Under the pieces are notes generated by a model. That model was not told the origin of the DNA. It worked only from the letters and a program-made list of their open reading frames with translations, and ran no database searches. A program made the position numbers and the translations under genes. From an uncultured Actinomycetes bacterium (GTDB taxonomy: Bacteria; Actinomycetota; Thermoleophilia; Solirubrobacterales; 70-9), in the NCBI GenBank assembly GCA_963783345.1, contig CAWANE010000020.1:36236-100235 (forward strand): 64,000 nt of DNA. The letters run 5' to 3'. This document shows positions 63,576 to 64,000 of the stretch, piece after piece (position 1 is the stretch's first letter; the number at the start of each line of letters is the position of its first letter).

Positions 63576-64000
63576 CTACGGGACCACGTAGACCTGGCGG
63601 AGCTTGCTGCGGGCGCGGTGCAGCCGCACCTTCACGGTCCCTTCCGGAATCCCCAGCCGGCGGGCGATCGCGGCCTGGGTCAGATCCTCCTCGTAGCGCA
63701 TCTCGAGCAGGTGCCGGTCCCGCTCGCTGAGCTGCTCCAGCGCCGCGTGCAGGTCGGCCCGGTCGACCGCCGACACCACGTCCACGTCCTCCTCCCCCTC
63801 CTGCTGCTCGATTGTCGATGTCGGGTCGGGGCGGACGCGTGCGTGCTGGCGGAAGGCCTCGTTGCGGACAATCGTCGCCAGCCACTGGTTGCGGCGGTCG
63901 CTGTCGCGCAAAGTGGAGCGCCGACGCCAGGCGCGGAGCAGGGCATCCTGGGCTATGTCCTCGGCTTCGCTCGGATTGCTCGCGTAGCGATATGCCATTC
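63576..64000 (-). CDS. ECF-type sigma-70 factor, N-terminally truncated by the window edge
   Basis: Region 2 AEDIAQDALLRAW and region 4 LTQAAIARRLGIPEGTVKVRLHRARSKL. Confidence 0.8.
   Translation of the reverse strand, partial: MAYRYASNPSEAEDIAQDALLRAWRRRSTLRDSDRRNQWLATIVRNEAFRQHARVRPDPTSTIEQQEGEEDVDVVSAVDRADLHAALEQLSERDRHLLEMRYEEDLTQAAIARRLGIPEGTVKVRLHRARSKLRQVYVVP

Noticed and set aside
1-64000. CRISPR arrays, rRNA genes, IS elements with terminal inverted repeats, prophage structural genes
   Set aside because: I saw no regularly spaced identical 25-40-nt repeats, no rRNA-like conserved stretches, no transposase ORFs and no capsid/tail/terminase-like proteins on either strand.

Overview
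Very high-G+C, actinobacterial-type chromosome segment. Many long antisense ORFs in the six-frame track are artefacts of the G+C bias. The window splits into two parts. (A) Positions ~1-23400 look like a horizontally acquired mobile and defence island. It carries a 5-gene operon with four tandem XRE-HTH paralogues, VapBC, and an integrase / excisionase-like / replication-relaxation / T4CP-type ATPase module with no relaxase or T4SS. It also carries a gamma-class N6A methyltransferase with a convergent PD-ExK nuclease, an FHA / FHA-HTH / Ser-Thr kinase module with secreted proteins, and an AbiEii/AbiEi pair whose antitoxin has an extra N-terminal nuclease-like domain. The most interesting cassette is an HTH protein, a NucS/Shedu-type PD-(D/E)xK nuclease fused to a ~450-aa unrecognised domain, and a divergent UvrD-type helicase. 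The island ends at a tRNA-like T-arm element (~23178-23402). A ~95-nt sequence just upstream of that T-arm has a diverged copy at the window start. (B) Positions ~23600-64000 are mostly core metabolism: a UbiE-like methyltransferase, a truncated GT2 remnant beside a 918-aa secreted protein, the icmF-hbd-acd acyl-CoA genes with MarR, and an antiporter. This part also holds a membrane protein translationally coupled to a CHAP hydrolase, an RTX-repeat protein, a large PucR-associated polyamine/amino-aldehyde catabolic cluster (potADBC, transaminase, Ald, two aldehyde dehydrogenases, FAD oxidase, decarboxylase), ferritin, two tandem S51 peptidases and a partial ECF sigma factor. I found no rRNA, no canonical cloverleaf tRNA and no CRISPR array. 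All family assignments rest on motifs read by eye, and no database search was run.
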